Below are positions 24,019 to 35,930 of a DNA stretch of 64,000 bases, piece after piece (the stretch's first letter is position 1; each line of letters begins with the position of its first letter). A program made the position numbers and the translations under genes. This stretch comes from Oopsacas minuta. Taxonomy: Eukaryota > Animalia > Porifera. The stretch is from contig JAKMXF010000011.1 of assembly GCA_024704765.1 (NCBI GenBank), positions 417,557 through 481,556 of the forward strand, read 5' to 3'. The notes below the pieces were generated by a model, which was not told where the DNA came from, did not search any database, and saw nothing but the letters and a program-made list of their open reading frames with translations.

Positions 24019-24791
24019 TATAAGGATCCATATACCCCTGCTGGGATTGACAATGCTGATATAGCTTCATATTCTGAAGTGTCTATGCCTGAACGATGAT
24101 CTGTGCCTAGTGTGTTAGAAAAGATAATAAATATCGGTGAATTAATAGTGGACCGTAGCGTTCTGAAATTTAGGTAACTTCCCGTAATCGCACGGTCCAC
24201 TCCATAATTCAGGTATGTAACATAATACTAAGAATTGGTGGCATTATATTATAATGAAGTCTCTAGCATTATGTTGAAAGCATATAGAGAGGTGACAAAA
24301 TAGGTTATTCACTTGGGAGCAATCGGTTTCTAAATGTCTAAAGCAATTAGCAACCAATCACAGTAAGAAATATTTACCTGTCTGCTGAATTTCAATTCTG
24401 GTAAAAGAATCCACTTTGTTTGAAGACTAATGCTAATAGGTGAAATACGAGATTCAATAAATTTATCTGTTCGCTGTCTATTATTAGAATTGTGTAGTAT
24501 CTCGATGGATGTTTATGCCATCTCATCCGACTTTGCAGTTATAATTATTAATTCAAAGAAATGCGCTGAATGATACAATTCGTAAATATTTTTGGTACAA
24601 GTAGAAGTATACTAAGTATATATGTTACTGTCAATGTATAAAATCTGTCGATTTGCAAATTGACTGAATCATTGGTCGGTATTTTGACAGATTGACTAAA
24701 ACGTATTACGAATTTAATTAATTGATATCAATATGCATTAAAAGCATGTGATTACAGCATACTGGCTAGAAAGTTCACATATCGTTCCCAT

Positions 24792-26689
24792 TCAGATCTT
24801 GTTGGGGCAGGTCATAGTCGCGTGGCACTTGCTATTACATTTAAGTCCAGCCTTGAAACATTTACATTTGTTGTTTGCATTGTTTGCCACTTTGTGTACA
24901 GTTGCACTTGGCAAACCCTTGTCCACCACACTTAGACCCTTGTTGAACAGCTTGTCGCAGGCCTATTTCTTTGTCTGTGGTGAAATCGTCCACACTGTAC
25001 AGCGGATGAGGACACAAATCAAATTGATTTCGGCTGTAAGATCCTTTCAGGATTCCTGTACGGACTGCTATACGGTGCATGTCATTTTCATTTCATTCCA
25101 GATTTACACCCATGATGTTTCGAGGATCACCTCTACCGCGATCCACTAAAGGGATTGGAATAATTACATTATCTCCAGGGTTTCCAGCAACCTGCTCTAG
25201 ACGACTGCGTTTCAACATGCGTTCGGCCTGAGCTATCTGTACTTCAGCTGCTCTCTTGCAGTTGAGTTGAATGTTGTCGTACCGTATTTGGATAGCGGTT
25301 ACCTGAGACAAAGAAGCAGATAAAGATGTTGAAGAAGGAGCTTCTGAGGGATCAGGTGCCTTATCTTTTTGTGTAGGAAGATTTGGAGAAACTGTGGTCT
25401 GGTTACCAGAAGAGACTTGAGAGGGGTCAGATTGCTGATATGCAGCCATTAGGTCGTCTTAGGACACAAGGCGTTCTAGGATTTCACTAGGAAGGGATGC
25501 TGAACGTAGTCCAACTTGTGCATCACGTCCAAACAGGACCTTGAATGGGGATTGTTTAATTCCAGAATGGTAACCACTGTTCTTCTGAAACTGCACAAAA
25601 CGAAGCCCAGTTGGCCAATCTGTGAAGTCATTGTCACCTAACCAGGCAGTTAGTATGTCTTTGACGTCACAATTAAGTCTCTCAACTGATCCCTGGCTTT
25701 CGGGGATGGCTAGGTTACCATGGGCCATAAGTAGATCAGGCCACATAACCTTCAGTTCAGTGATGACTGATGATGTAAATTCACTGCCGTTGTCACTCTG
25801 GAGAATTTGAGGGGCGCCTAGTAACAAGAAAATGTCAACCAGTTGCCACGCGACTTCAGCAGCACGTTTGGAAGTCAAAGGGCGTAATACACAGTACTTT
25901 CTTAAGTGGTCTTGATAAACCATGATCCAGCGATATGAAACTTTGCACATACACTGCATGTCAATGAGGTCAACCTGAGCACGGGAACCAAAGTCTTTGG
26001 ACAGAATTGGCTTCACAACAATACCCTTAGTGGTGGCACGCTTACATTCCTGTTGACATTGAACACAGAGAGATTTGTAGAGCTCAATGGAGTCGCGAGT
26101 GACGTTTGCATATTTGTTTAAAGCTTTAGTCATCTTGTCTCGACCGCCATGGCCGCATGCAACATGGGCGCGTTTAATGATGTCGAACATATCATTTATG
26201 TGAGTAAAAGTAAGCATGTTCTTGGGAGACTTCACTTTGCTTTCGAATCAACTTCTCAACATCGCCACACTGAAGAATTTCGTACTTGTAAAATATATAA
26301 AATATGTCACTTAATCGATGCCAGCAACATAGTACGCAACCGTAGTGCGCAATATTATTGGCATATTCTCCATGTACAGCAAAGGAAACCTAAAACATCG
26401 TACGTACGTAGGCTCTATACAATTAGAGAACTAATTATGATATTGCATAGAACATTTATTTGACCTGAATCCAAGTAATGCAGCCATGACTCAAGTTATA
26501 ATTGTTGAACCAATAATTATTTGTTTACATACCTGCCAAGGATATAGCACTGTCTGTTGGACTTCTTTGCGTGTCAGATGCAACTTTGACCTCTTCAAGC
26601 AACAAAAAATGCTCGTGTTTGGTCATCAATAATGATTTGGTATCAGAGCTTTTTCGTTTCAACATCTCCTCAAGGAAAGACTGTTCCAT
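24792..26689 (-). pseudogene. KRBA2/SCAND3-like integrase relic (Ginger2/TDD-type transposase) with a probable intron at ~26285-26532
   Basis: RAQVDLIDM...YQDHL...LQSDNGSEF...QGSVER DDE core and a Cys-rich C-terminus (KCNC...CFKAGLKCNSKCH). In-frame stops at 25459 and 25093, a frameshift at ~24870, and a 5' exon MEQSFLEEMLK...YILG ending in a GTATGT donor. Confidence 0.8.
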
Positions 26690-26956
26690 AGTGTCTGACG
26701 TCTTTTAGAGTTATGAGGGTGTTCATATTACCTTGCCTTTTTATACTCCAGAATATTTCACGTCGATAGATGCTTGCCTTTGATATGTTGTTATTGAGGA
26801 TACACTAGCTTGGGTCAGGTTTCTCTTATACATTTTCAATTCTTAGTTAAGTTGATGTATATGTTTTGGAATAACAGTCTAATTTCAATTAAAGAATAGC
26901 CCAATCCGCATGGTACTCGACTTTTCAATATCTCATATAACAAAAAAAATTTATAT

Positions 26957-27030
26957 ACCCCTGTGGCGCAACGGTCTAGCGCGTTGGACTTCTAATTCAA
27001 AGGTTGTGGGTTCGAGTCCCATCAGGGGTG
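26957..27030 (+). tRNA. tRNA-Arg(TCT): tRNA-Arg, anticodon TCT, intronless
   Basis: Cloverleaf: acceptor ACCCCTG/CAGGGGT, D arm GCGC/GCGC, anticodon arm TTGGA-CTTCTAA-TTCAA, T arm GTGGG-TTCGAGT-CCCAT, discriminator G. Confidence 0.95.
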
Positions 27031-27152
27031 TTCTTATTATTAAAATTCAATTGTTCTGCATGTTTGTTTGTCTACTTTGTACTGTCGTATTGGGACAGTT
27101 TTACCACGTACCATGATCGCCAAAAATTTAGACTAATGCATGTGCCCCGTTG

Positions 27153-27473
27153 CTACCTTACATGACAGAATTATTACCCTTTGATCATGACATGAAATCG
27201 TTGAACTCAACTCTTAGTTCTTATCACACTGAAACTAATGCATTTCAATGGTTTCTTTATTTCTGCTCCAGAGTTATATTAAAATGCGTGGAAGAAAACA
27301 GTTCATACGAAAATGTAAAATTCTCTTGCTTATGCTAGTTTTGTAATATAACTCTAGACCAGAAACAAAGAAACCATTCAAAATGCATTAGTATCAGTGT
27401 GATAAGAACTAAGAGTTGAGTTCAACGATTTCATGCCATGATCAAAGGGTAATAATTCTGTCATATAAGGTAG
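27153..27473. mobile_element. MITE with ~100-bp TIRs, TA-flanked type
   Basis: CTACCTTACATGACAGAATTATTACCCTTTGATCATG...TAATGCATTT at the left end is mirrored at the right end with few mismatches. The right flank is TA; the other copy shows TA on the left. Confidence 0.8.
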
Positions 27474-27731
27474 TAGCTCTGTCATGGATATAGACTATAG
27501 AGTATCCATGGTACTAGTAATAGAGGTAGTAAACTGTCATCAACAGCACTATAATGATAGGGGAAGATGATCTGCGATTTATATAGGTGTGACGACTAGC
27601 AACGTACTAGAACAACCATAACAGATTAACATTTAGTCTAGTATAGTAGATTACTCGCAGTCTTATTCAGTTATAGTTTGACTTATTTGTATTTCTATTA
27701 TAGCTAATATATTTCCAAGCTTGTATCACAT

Positions 27732-27746
27732 AAATACAAATAGTCA
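27732..27746 (+). other. Putative self-priming primer-binding site
   Basis: AAATACAAATA(GTCA) lies 1 nt after the 5' LTR and is complementary to LTR-internal TGAC(T)TATTTGTATTT (27679-27694). No TGG-type tRNA PBS is adjacent to the LTR. Confidence 0.7.
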
Positions 27747-27757
27747 CGCTTTCCAGA

Positions 27758-28585
27758 ATGGCGACACCTCTGAACATTTCGATCCCGCCGTTGAAACCTG
27801 ATGAAAGAGTCGAGGATTGGCAATCTTTGTTTGTGGCAGCTACGAGCTCATTAGCAGCGCACGCTGGGGAGAAAGCAGCAATACTAATCCTCCCATCCTA
27901 TGTCTGCAGGAATGAGTACGAAAGGGAAATTGCACTAATCGCTATTAAAGAGGAATCGATTGAGGCTGCGTTCAAGATTTTATGCAATGCCTTGGACTCT
28001 CCTATTGACGAATATGAGGCTACCGCACGATTCCGCAGTAAGGTCTGGGCGCGAGGCATGCGAATAGAAGTGTTCTTTACCCAACTTTGGAAGGAAGCAA
28101 AACGAGCTGGATTTCTAAATAGGCAAGTTGCTGTAGTGTTAATAACGCAACTCCCTGGAAAGGCGCAGGCTGCCCTGAAGAAGTGGGTTCAAGAACATAA
28201 AGAGGATCTTGTATCTGGTCAAATGCGGGAGTTCATTGGGCTAGTTCAGCAGAACTTACGCCAGGCTGAAGTACCATTAGATTATGGGGCACATGAGGGA
28301 CCAAGCAATTCATGTAAGGTCATTAATCAAGGAAAAACTGACATATTATGCTCAAGTGATTCTGAATACGAAGAAAAGCCGCCCACGGTCTACAAGGTAC
28401 GAACCTTCGGAACGAGTAGTCGACAGGGGCGTTTCCCCAACTCAAGAAGGGTTCCAAAAGGCTTGGTGTGCTACACTTGTGGAAAACATGGCCACGGATA
28501 TCGTATGCGCCTGGATCGAGTGTGCAGCGGATGCCATGCCAAAGGCCACGACGTGACAGCTACCAGGATAAAAGAACTGGTGTGA
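27758..28585 (+). CDS. Retrotransposon Gag with two degenerate CCHC zinc knuckles
   Basis: CYTCGKHGH and CSGCHAKGH, just downstream of the 5' LTR. Confidence 0.8.
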   Translation: MATPLNISIPPLKPDERVEDWQSLFVAATSSLAAHAGEKAAILILPSYVCRNEYEREIALIAIKEESIEAAFKILCNALDSPIDEYEATARFRSKVWARGMRIEVFFTQLWKEAKRAGFLNRQVAVVLITQLPGKAQAALKKWVQEHKEDLVSGQMREFIGLVQQNLRQAEVPLDYGAHEGPSNSCKVINQGKTDILCSSDSEYEEKPPTVYKVRTFGTSSRQGRFPNSRRVPKGLVCYTCGKHGHGYRMRLDRVCSGCHAKGHDVTATRIKELV

Positions 28586-31500
28586 GAGATTACATCAAGT
28601 TAGTTGATCAAATCGGTCCATATGACGATAAATCGGCGTCTATTTCTGTCAGAGTGTACGGTCTGCCAATTCTCGCTTTGTTGGATACTGGAGCCAAAGT
28701 TAATGTGGTGGACAGGCAGACAGTGGAGTACCTAGGACTAGGGCAGTTCATCAAACCGGAGATAGAACACGTGTACGGTGTATGTGGAACCCCCGTATCA
28801 GTGGTAGGGAGCATTGAGATCCCTATAGAAGTGAACGGAGAGGAGGCCGGAAAGACGCACGTACAGGTGTTGGATGGTGAGGGACAGGCACTACTGCTAG
28901 GCCGCCAGTTCTTCAGACGTTTCGGGCGGGTTGAATTTGATTGGAACAAAGGAACCATCACGCTAGGGAACGTAAAAGCGACAATACAGGAGACTGCTGT
29001 AGGAGGAACTCCAATAGCAAGGGCTCGTACTGTACGGATAATCAATACCGAAGAAGTAGACAAGTCATTCAAGTGTACGAAGACAAATCTCACTACAAAC
29101 CAACATGACAAGTTTGCTGACCTGTTGAAAGAATTTGAGGCAATATTTAACGACAAACCAGGTCGCACCTCAATGTGCGAACATGCGATAGATACGGGGA
29201 AGGCAGTCCTCACCAGATCCAGACCAAGACGTGTTCCTCCAAAGTGGGAGGAAGAAATCAATTCACAGCTTGATGAGATGCTCGATCAGAAACTATGCAA
29301 GGCATCCCATTCCCCATGGGCAAGTAACGTAGTCTTAGTTACCAAGAAGGACGGTCGGCAACGTTTTGCGATCGATTATCGAGAATTAAATAATGCCACC
29401 AAGAAGGACGCATATGGTACACCACAAGTGCAGACGATTTTAGACAAGTTACGAGATTATAGTTACTTTTCAGTGATTGATATCTCTGCCGCCTACTGGT
29501 GCGTCCCAGTTAGGGAAGAAGATAGAGAAAAAACTGCATTCAATACTCCTAGAGGCCTCTTCGAGATGTGCGTTATGCCTTTCGGTTTGGTTAACTCCCA
29601 GGCTACATTCCAGCGGCTAATGGACAACACACTCCAAGGCCTTACTCGTACGGAATCATACATCGACGATTGTATAATTTATTCACGTAGTTTTGAAGAA
29701 CACCTGAAGGAACTACGCGCTGTATTCCAACGTCTGCAAAGTGCGAAGTTGCATGTCAAATTGCGCAAGTGTCAGTTCTTTCGCGAGGAGGTTGAGTTTC
29801 TGGGCCACGTCGTGTCTAGGGAAGGAAGAAGGCCCTTGGTCTCAGCTGCAAAAAACTCTCTATGTTTCCTAGACCCCAAAGCATAGCTGAACTGCAACGT
29901 TTCTTAGGAACGCTCAACTTTTATAGGTCATACATTCCTGGCTTGGCTCAGCTAGCGGCTCCTCTGTACTCCCTCACAGAGAAAAGAGCCAGATGGGTGT
30001 GGTCTGATAAATGCGAGGACGCTTTTGATTCCCTTCGTCTCAAGTTAATCCGTGAACCTATTATGTTGAGCTTTCCGGATTGGAATAAGAATTTTATTAT
30101 CGAAGCTGATGCAAGTTCGAGGGCGGTAGCAGCGGTACTATCACAGAGAAACGAAGACACGGGACAACTACACCCTATTGACTTCTTCTCTTCATCCCTT
30201 AGCACAACGCAAAGGAATTATTGCGCAGGGCAACTGGAAGCCTGGGCACTAGTCGCCGCTTGCAGGAAATGGCACACATACTTGAGGGCCACTGGGGCGG
30301 TCGAGCTAATTACTGATCACTGCCCATTGAAGTGGCTCCGTGGTCAAAAGGATCCCCGCCGTACCTTTGCTAGGTGGTTGCTTGAGCTGGAGGAGTACAG
30401 CTACCAGATTACCCATCGGAAGGGGAAAGACAACAATCTACCCGACTACCTGAGTAGGGCAAGAACTACTTCGATTAGCCCCGAGGTCCAAGATGATTCC
30501 GGTTTCGAAGATAAGATATTCACACTTTCAGATGACACGACTGAGTTAGATTCAACCAAGTTGGATCTGACCAAGCTCCAAGGAGAAGATGCTACTATTA
30601 GCGACGCGGTTGAACAACTGAAGGAGACCGGGAATGTGTCTTCCGGTAGGCTGCAGGAGATATCCGGGAGTCTCGCCATAGTAAATGGAATGTTGTTGTA
30701 TCGAGAGCGTGCCGTAGTGCCTCTCGGTGCTAGAAGAACGGTACTGGGTTTGGTTCACGGGGCAGGTTACTTTGGCCAGAAGCGAACGTTACAAATCCTA
30801 AGAAGGAGCTACTTCTGGTTCGGTATGGCCAAGGACGCTCGCGACTGGTGCCGAAGTTGTCTCGTATGTCAGAAGGCGAGAGTACCTATCCAAGAATCCA
30901 AGAATTCAAGATGGACGGGGTTGGACCCGGGGACCTTGTAGCTATGGACATCGGCACTCTCCCTTGGGCCGACCAGAAGTTCCGGTATTTTCTATGTATC
31001 GTCGACATATTTACACGTTATATGGAGCTCATCCCTTTGCAAGACCAGTCCGCAGCGTCCTTAGTGCGTGAGTTCCAGTGTGGTTGGATTTTTCGAGGGC
31101 ACGGTGTACCTAAAGGTCTGTTAACAGACCAAGCACATAATATTGATGGTGTAGAGATAAGGGCGTTGTGCGAAAGATTGGGGATTGAGAAGCGGCACTC
31201 CTCACTCTACCATCCTCAAGGAGATGGCTTGGTAGAGAGGAGTATCGGGCTAGCCAAGCAGGTGGCGAGATGTCTAACTCTAGATCGTAAACTCCCCAAG
31301 GAGTCATGGCCTGAGATCCTACCTGAAGTCTCGTTTTATTGTAACAACATCGAGAATTCGTCAACAAAGTTCTCTCCCCAGCGGCTTATGACGGGTAGAC
31401 AGCCAACATCGCCTATAGACGCCATGATTTCCAGAAAGGATTTGAATCAGACGCTTAGTCATACCGTACACATCGAGGAACTAGAAGTGATTTCAGCAGA

Positions 31501-32044
31501 ATTGGAGAAACTAACCCGTGAAAATGACCTTCAAGCAAAACGGCTGAGAAACGACTACCATAACAAAGGAGCGGTGACACCTTGTCTCGAAAAGGGAGAC
31601 CTAATACTCGAGAGGAATGAGACGCGAAAAGATTCATTGGACCCCAAATTCGTTGGCCCTTACACAGTACTCGACTCAAGAGGAACCAATGTTAAAGTTC
31701 GAAAAGGGAACAGACATAGGTGGGTACACGCGGGCCGCTGCAAACTATTCGAAGACAGCCACTCCATCCCCCTCACCAGTGGTCCCTCTGAGCCAGGAGA
31801 AGTAGTCCGGGCCCCCTTGGGGGAGGTAGACGCACCAACCATCGGTACTTATAATGAACAGCAACAGGAAGAGGCAGTAGAAGTTAATGTGGATCCAGGA
31901 ACAGAAACCCAGGATCTGAGCAGTGAAGGAGAAGAGGTTGGTCCTGCAAGACGTTACCCATTACGATCCCGCAAACAAAAAGAGTACCCAAATTATGTAC
32001 TTAGTACTGAAATCTTACCTAGCCAGGCCCTTATATCTATTTAA
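28563..32044 (+). pseudogene. Gypsy pol (protease, RT, RNase H, integrase) split by frameshifts
   Basis: LLDTGA protease, PFGL...YIDD RT, IEADAS...ELITDH RNase H, H-H-C-C zinc finger, rve core (MDIG...LTDQA...GLVER) and GPY motif. Breaks at ~29855 (A-run) and 30888-30903 (8-bp duplication). Confidence 0.92.
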
Positions 32045-32642
32045 GGGGGAGTGATGTGACGACTAGCAACGTACTAGAACAACCATAACAGATTAACATT
32101 TAGTCTAGTATAGTAGATTACTCGCAGTCTTATTCAGTCATAGTTTGACTTATTTGTATTTCTATTATAGCTAATATATTTCCAAGCTTGTATCACATAG
32201 GGAATAACATATCCTTCTGTTGAGGATGTAGGAGAGGTAAAGTGACGAGTGGCGGACACTGCTAATTATTCGTGGCGCTCTGAGCCTCTGACCTAATCAT
32301 CCTGGGGCCTTATTAACTAAAATTCTAAGAAATTTTCTTAACTTAATTCTAAGAATTCATGAAATATTCTTAGTTTTAATTAGGAATTTTTACCTTGGCT
32401 ATACTTAACGGATTCTAAGAAAATTCTTAGAATTGAGTAATTCTACTTGATTGATTCTTGCTATAGATTAATAAAATTTATGACAATTCATTCGACTTCA
32501 ATCGCTTTTTGAGAAGATATGCGCATAGTAGAAAATAAAATCCTTATACTTGTATACTTGATTTATCATTAATGAGATAAATTGCCCCATCCAATAGAAA
32601 ATACTCATTGCATTTATCATTTGTATACTATTGTATAAACTC

Positions 32643-34273
32643 ATGGCCTCGCTTTTTGTTCTTTTGGAGCTGGAAATAGGCAGTTTACGACGACAGAGAA
32701 TATTTCGTGACAGGTTAAACCCTCTTGATCCGTACACAGATGTAGAGTTTATTTCTCGTTATAGAATCAGAAGAGAAATGTTCTTAGAATTGCATGATAA
32801 AATTGAGACTTTCATGTCTCGATCTACAAGCTGATCTCATTCACTTCCGGTGACAACTCAATTAGCGGTCACTCTTCAGTTTCTAACTACGGGTAGTTCA
32901 CAAACTGTGGTTGCATCAGCTCATGGAATTTCCCAGCCCTCTGTGGCCAACTGTGTTAGAAGTGTAACAGATGTATTATGCTCTATTGCGAAAGACTATA
33001 TACAGTTTCCAACTGCTGCTAGACAGGTGAGCATGCAGCATGGATTTATGGAAAATTTCGGGTTTCCTAAAGTATTAGGTTGCATTGACGGCACACACAT
33101 CCCACTTGTTGCACCTAGCACCAACGAAGCAATTTATGTTTATCGTAAAGTTTCATTCAATTTACGTCCAAGAGATATGTGACGATGTATTCAAGTTTAT
33201 TGATGTAGTTGTGAAGTGACCAGGCAACACACATGACCAGGGATGTCCTGCTCTAATTATAAGTATGGGAGCGGTTTTCAAATTTCAAATTCAATTGAAT
33301 ATATTCTAATTTCTAATACAAAATTCAAACAATATACCGGTAATTGAATTAATAAGATAAGTATGAATAATATCAAAGGCTTAGTAGTAAATCTGAAAAT
33401 AGAGTTTAACAAGTGATTGAGTCCCAAAATTATTTAACCAATAATACTTCCAAATTTCTTCTTGTTTATGGGGCTCAGAATATTATATTCCATCATTTTA
33501 TATATCCTACATTCCAGAACACGTTGCTTATAATATAATTATTACTTAAAAGAATCATTTGAAATAGATATTTTGTTACGATTAACGCTAGATTCGGATA
33601 AAATAATACATAGTTGATGTAAAACTTCCCATTGTTCTTCAAAACAAGTACAATACATTCACGGCACCATAAACTAAACATTTGCTCTCTCAACTCGACT
33701 TAATTATATTTGGAACAAATTCTCTAACTTGTGAAGTAATTGTGACTTCCCAATTTGATTTGATAAAAAAAAGTATGGGAGCGGCGCTCCCACCCGCTCC
33801 CACAGCAGGACACCACTGCACATGACGCGTTCATATGGAGGCAATCAGGAATCAATCTTAAGATCGCCAGTAAAGAAATTCCAATTCTTGATGGGTGGTT
33901 TCTCGGCGATAGTAGTTATCCGTTGCACCCAAATTTAATGACTCCATTACTATCTCCTGTTACACCTCGCGAAAGAAGGTATAATCGTGCTTTCCTGAAG
34001 ACTCGAAAGACAATTGAATGTACCTTTGGAATATGGAAGAGCAGATGGAGATCAATGGACAAGACTGGTGGCAGTTTGTGCTATAGCCCAGAGAGGGTTT
34101 GCAAACTAATCTTATCCTCCATGATACTTCATAATTTTTGTGTTGATTGCGGTATTCAAATTGATATTGAAAACTTGGAAAGTAACGTGCCCTACACCGA
34201 AACAGACTACACTGAACATTCATATAATGAGATTTTAGTTCGAGAAAATATAATTATAAACTATTTCACATGA
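32643..34273 (+). pseudogene. HARBI1-like DDE nuclease, disrupted by stops and a hAT MITE
   Basis: GISQPSV...GCIDGTHIP. Removing 33238-33826 restores PGNTHDAFIW...FLGDSSYPL...LMTP...RKTIECTFGIWKSRWR. Confidence 0.9.
33238..33818. mobile_element. hAT-family non-autonomous element, 581 bp
   Basis: TIRs CAGGGATGTCCTGCT / CAGTGGTGTCCTGCT and a perfect 8-bp TSD CACATGAC (33230-37, 33819-26). Confidence 0.92.
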
Positions 34274-34348
34274 TATAGGAAGTTTAATTAATTAACTGAG
34301 CACATGAATGAATTAGGCTCTGATTTACTTATAACATAATAATATTTA

Positions 34349-35140
34349 TTATGGATTCCTAATCTTGACTTTGAAAGTAATGAGGCAATGAAGACAATTA
34401 GAAGGAGGAAATGAAGGGGGCAATGTCTGAAAATGCGGCAGAGGAGGCATAGTTTGAGCCATCAGAAGAGAAAGTGTCTTTGATTGATCCGCTGCTGTAT
34501 GTTGCAAAATCTGGATCACTCGATCAAATTTACTCTCAAGCCGATCTAGCTTAGAATCAATGTTAGTCAAAATCTCCAATTTCTTATCTTCTTTCTCTAA
34601 ATTGCACGTTTGGTCGATTCCAATTCGTAATTTTCCAAACGATGACGTTTTTCTTGGGGCTTGTTGGAAAAACTTTATTTCTTCATATCTTCAGAGGGAA
34701 CAGCTGGGCTCATCAGCATCCTTTCAGTTTCATCATTAGAACATTGGAATTCAAGAGAGAGATCAATACCCGATTCAATGCATTCAAAAGCTTCCTTCCC
34801 TTTGATGCTTCTGATTTTAGCTTCTATTTCATTTAAATCAGCATCTGCAGGGCCTCCTCCAGTTTTTCTTGCTGATGCTAACTTATTTGCAATACGAGGC
34901 TTATGTTTTGATAGTATATTATACCATTTTTTCATGATATCATCTCTTGTTCTTACATTCCCATGTAATTCAGACAGTCTCCCTGAAATTTCTTCCCAGA
35001 TTTTGTTTTTATCATCGAAAGTTAGAGTTGATGTTAGAGCGCCGAACAATTCCGATTTTTGATCATGAATGAGATACAGAGTGACATTATCTCCTCCTGA
35101 GTAAAATTCTTTGAACGAGTTTCGATTTTTCAGTGGTCAT
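34349..35140 (-). pseudogene. Harbinger Myb/SANT-like DNA-binding protein, frameshifted
   Basis: RSKNFTQEEIMSL...ELFGALTSTLTFDDKNKIWEEISGRL...RTRDDIMKKWYNI...KTGGGP, with a coiled-coil-like C-terminal part at 34349-34579. Confidence 0.8.
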
Positions 35141-35930
35141 AATGCGAGCGATTGTTAAGATATTATCATAATTAATTAACATTTTATTGTTATTTATACT
35201 TATCACTAAAAAGATGATAATATACGTAAATGGATAAAATTGCATAGATTGCGTATATTTTTGCAGGACCTCACTCAAATGACATTGACTTTATTTACCT
35301 TAGTTTAGATACAACACTATTATGTTCAAAATATATGAGATATAATTTAATTATATAAATACATTTATTGATGTCATAATACAATTCAGAGTGACGTCAA
35401 GAAATAGTATCTAAATATGGTTGGTATGTAGTCCGACTATAGTTCTATGCTGTAGTTATTACAACATGTGGATATGATAATTATCAAACATATTGTCTTA
35501 AGTGATTAATAATCTTCTTTGTAAATAATTGCACATTTATTATAATTTCATAGAAAAGTAGACTAAATTATAAGTTAAGTGTCCTCTTTACCTCACTAAA
35601 TATTTTTCTTAGAATTATTCTAAGAATTGGACTTAAGAATTTTAGTTAATAAGGCCCCTGGTTTTCAATTGTAATATTAATAATATTATTTGGTTAATAC
35701 TCTCTATCTAAGTTTTTCATTAGATCTATTTATGCTACCCAAAATTTTGTTATTCTAAATCATCTGTAGATGGTGGACAATATACAATTAATAATAACTT
35801 CTGGGGATAAGAACCGTCTCCAGTTATATCCCCATTTCAAATCCCAACATCTCAGCAAGGATCTCTGATCTTTCTTGAGCTACAAACAGTTTCAATTCTA
35901 AATGAGTGTTCTCAAGTTCCAAACTGTAAT

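Larger units (their letters stand above)
27588..32197 (+). mobile_element. Full-length Ty3/gypsy LTR retrotransposon (gag, PR-RT-RH-IN), 4610 bp
   Basis: 143-bp TG...CA LTRs at 27588-27730 and 32055-32197 (1 mismatch), 4-bp TSD TAGG (27584-87, 32198-201) and PPT AAGGGGGAG at 32043-51. Confidence 0.97.
32305..35657. mobile_element. PIF/Harbinger transposon with convergent nuclease and Myb/SANT genes
   Basis: TIRs GGGCCTTATTAACTAAAATTCT (22 bp perfect), 3-bp TSD CTG (32302-04, 35658-60) and the two-gene layout. Confidence 0.92.

Noticed and set aside
27759-27772. TGGCGACACC as a tRNA-Ser-type PBS
   Set aside because: It lies 28 nt from the LTR, resembles TGGCGACGAG for only 7 nt, and simply overlaps the gag ATG.
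28468-28585. Programmed -1 gag-pol frameshift
   Set aside because: No X XXY YYZ heptamer in the Gag frame. A 1-nt deletion in a single gag-pol ORF explains it equally well, so it is left unresolved.
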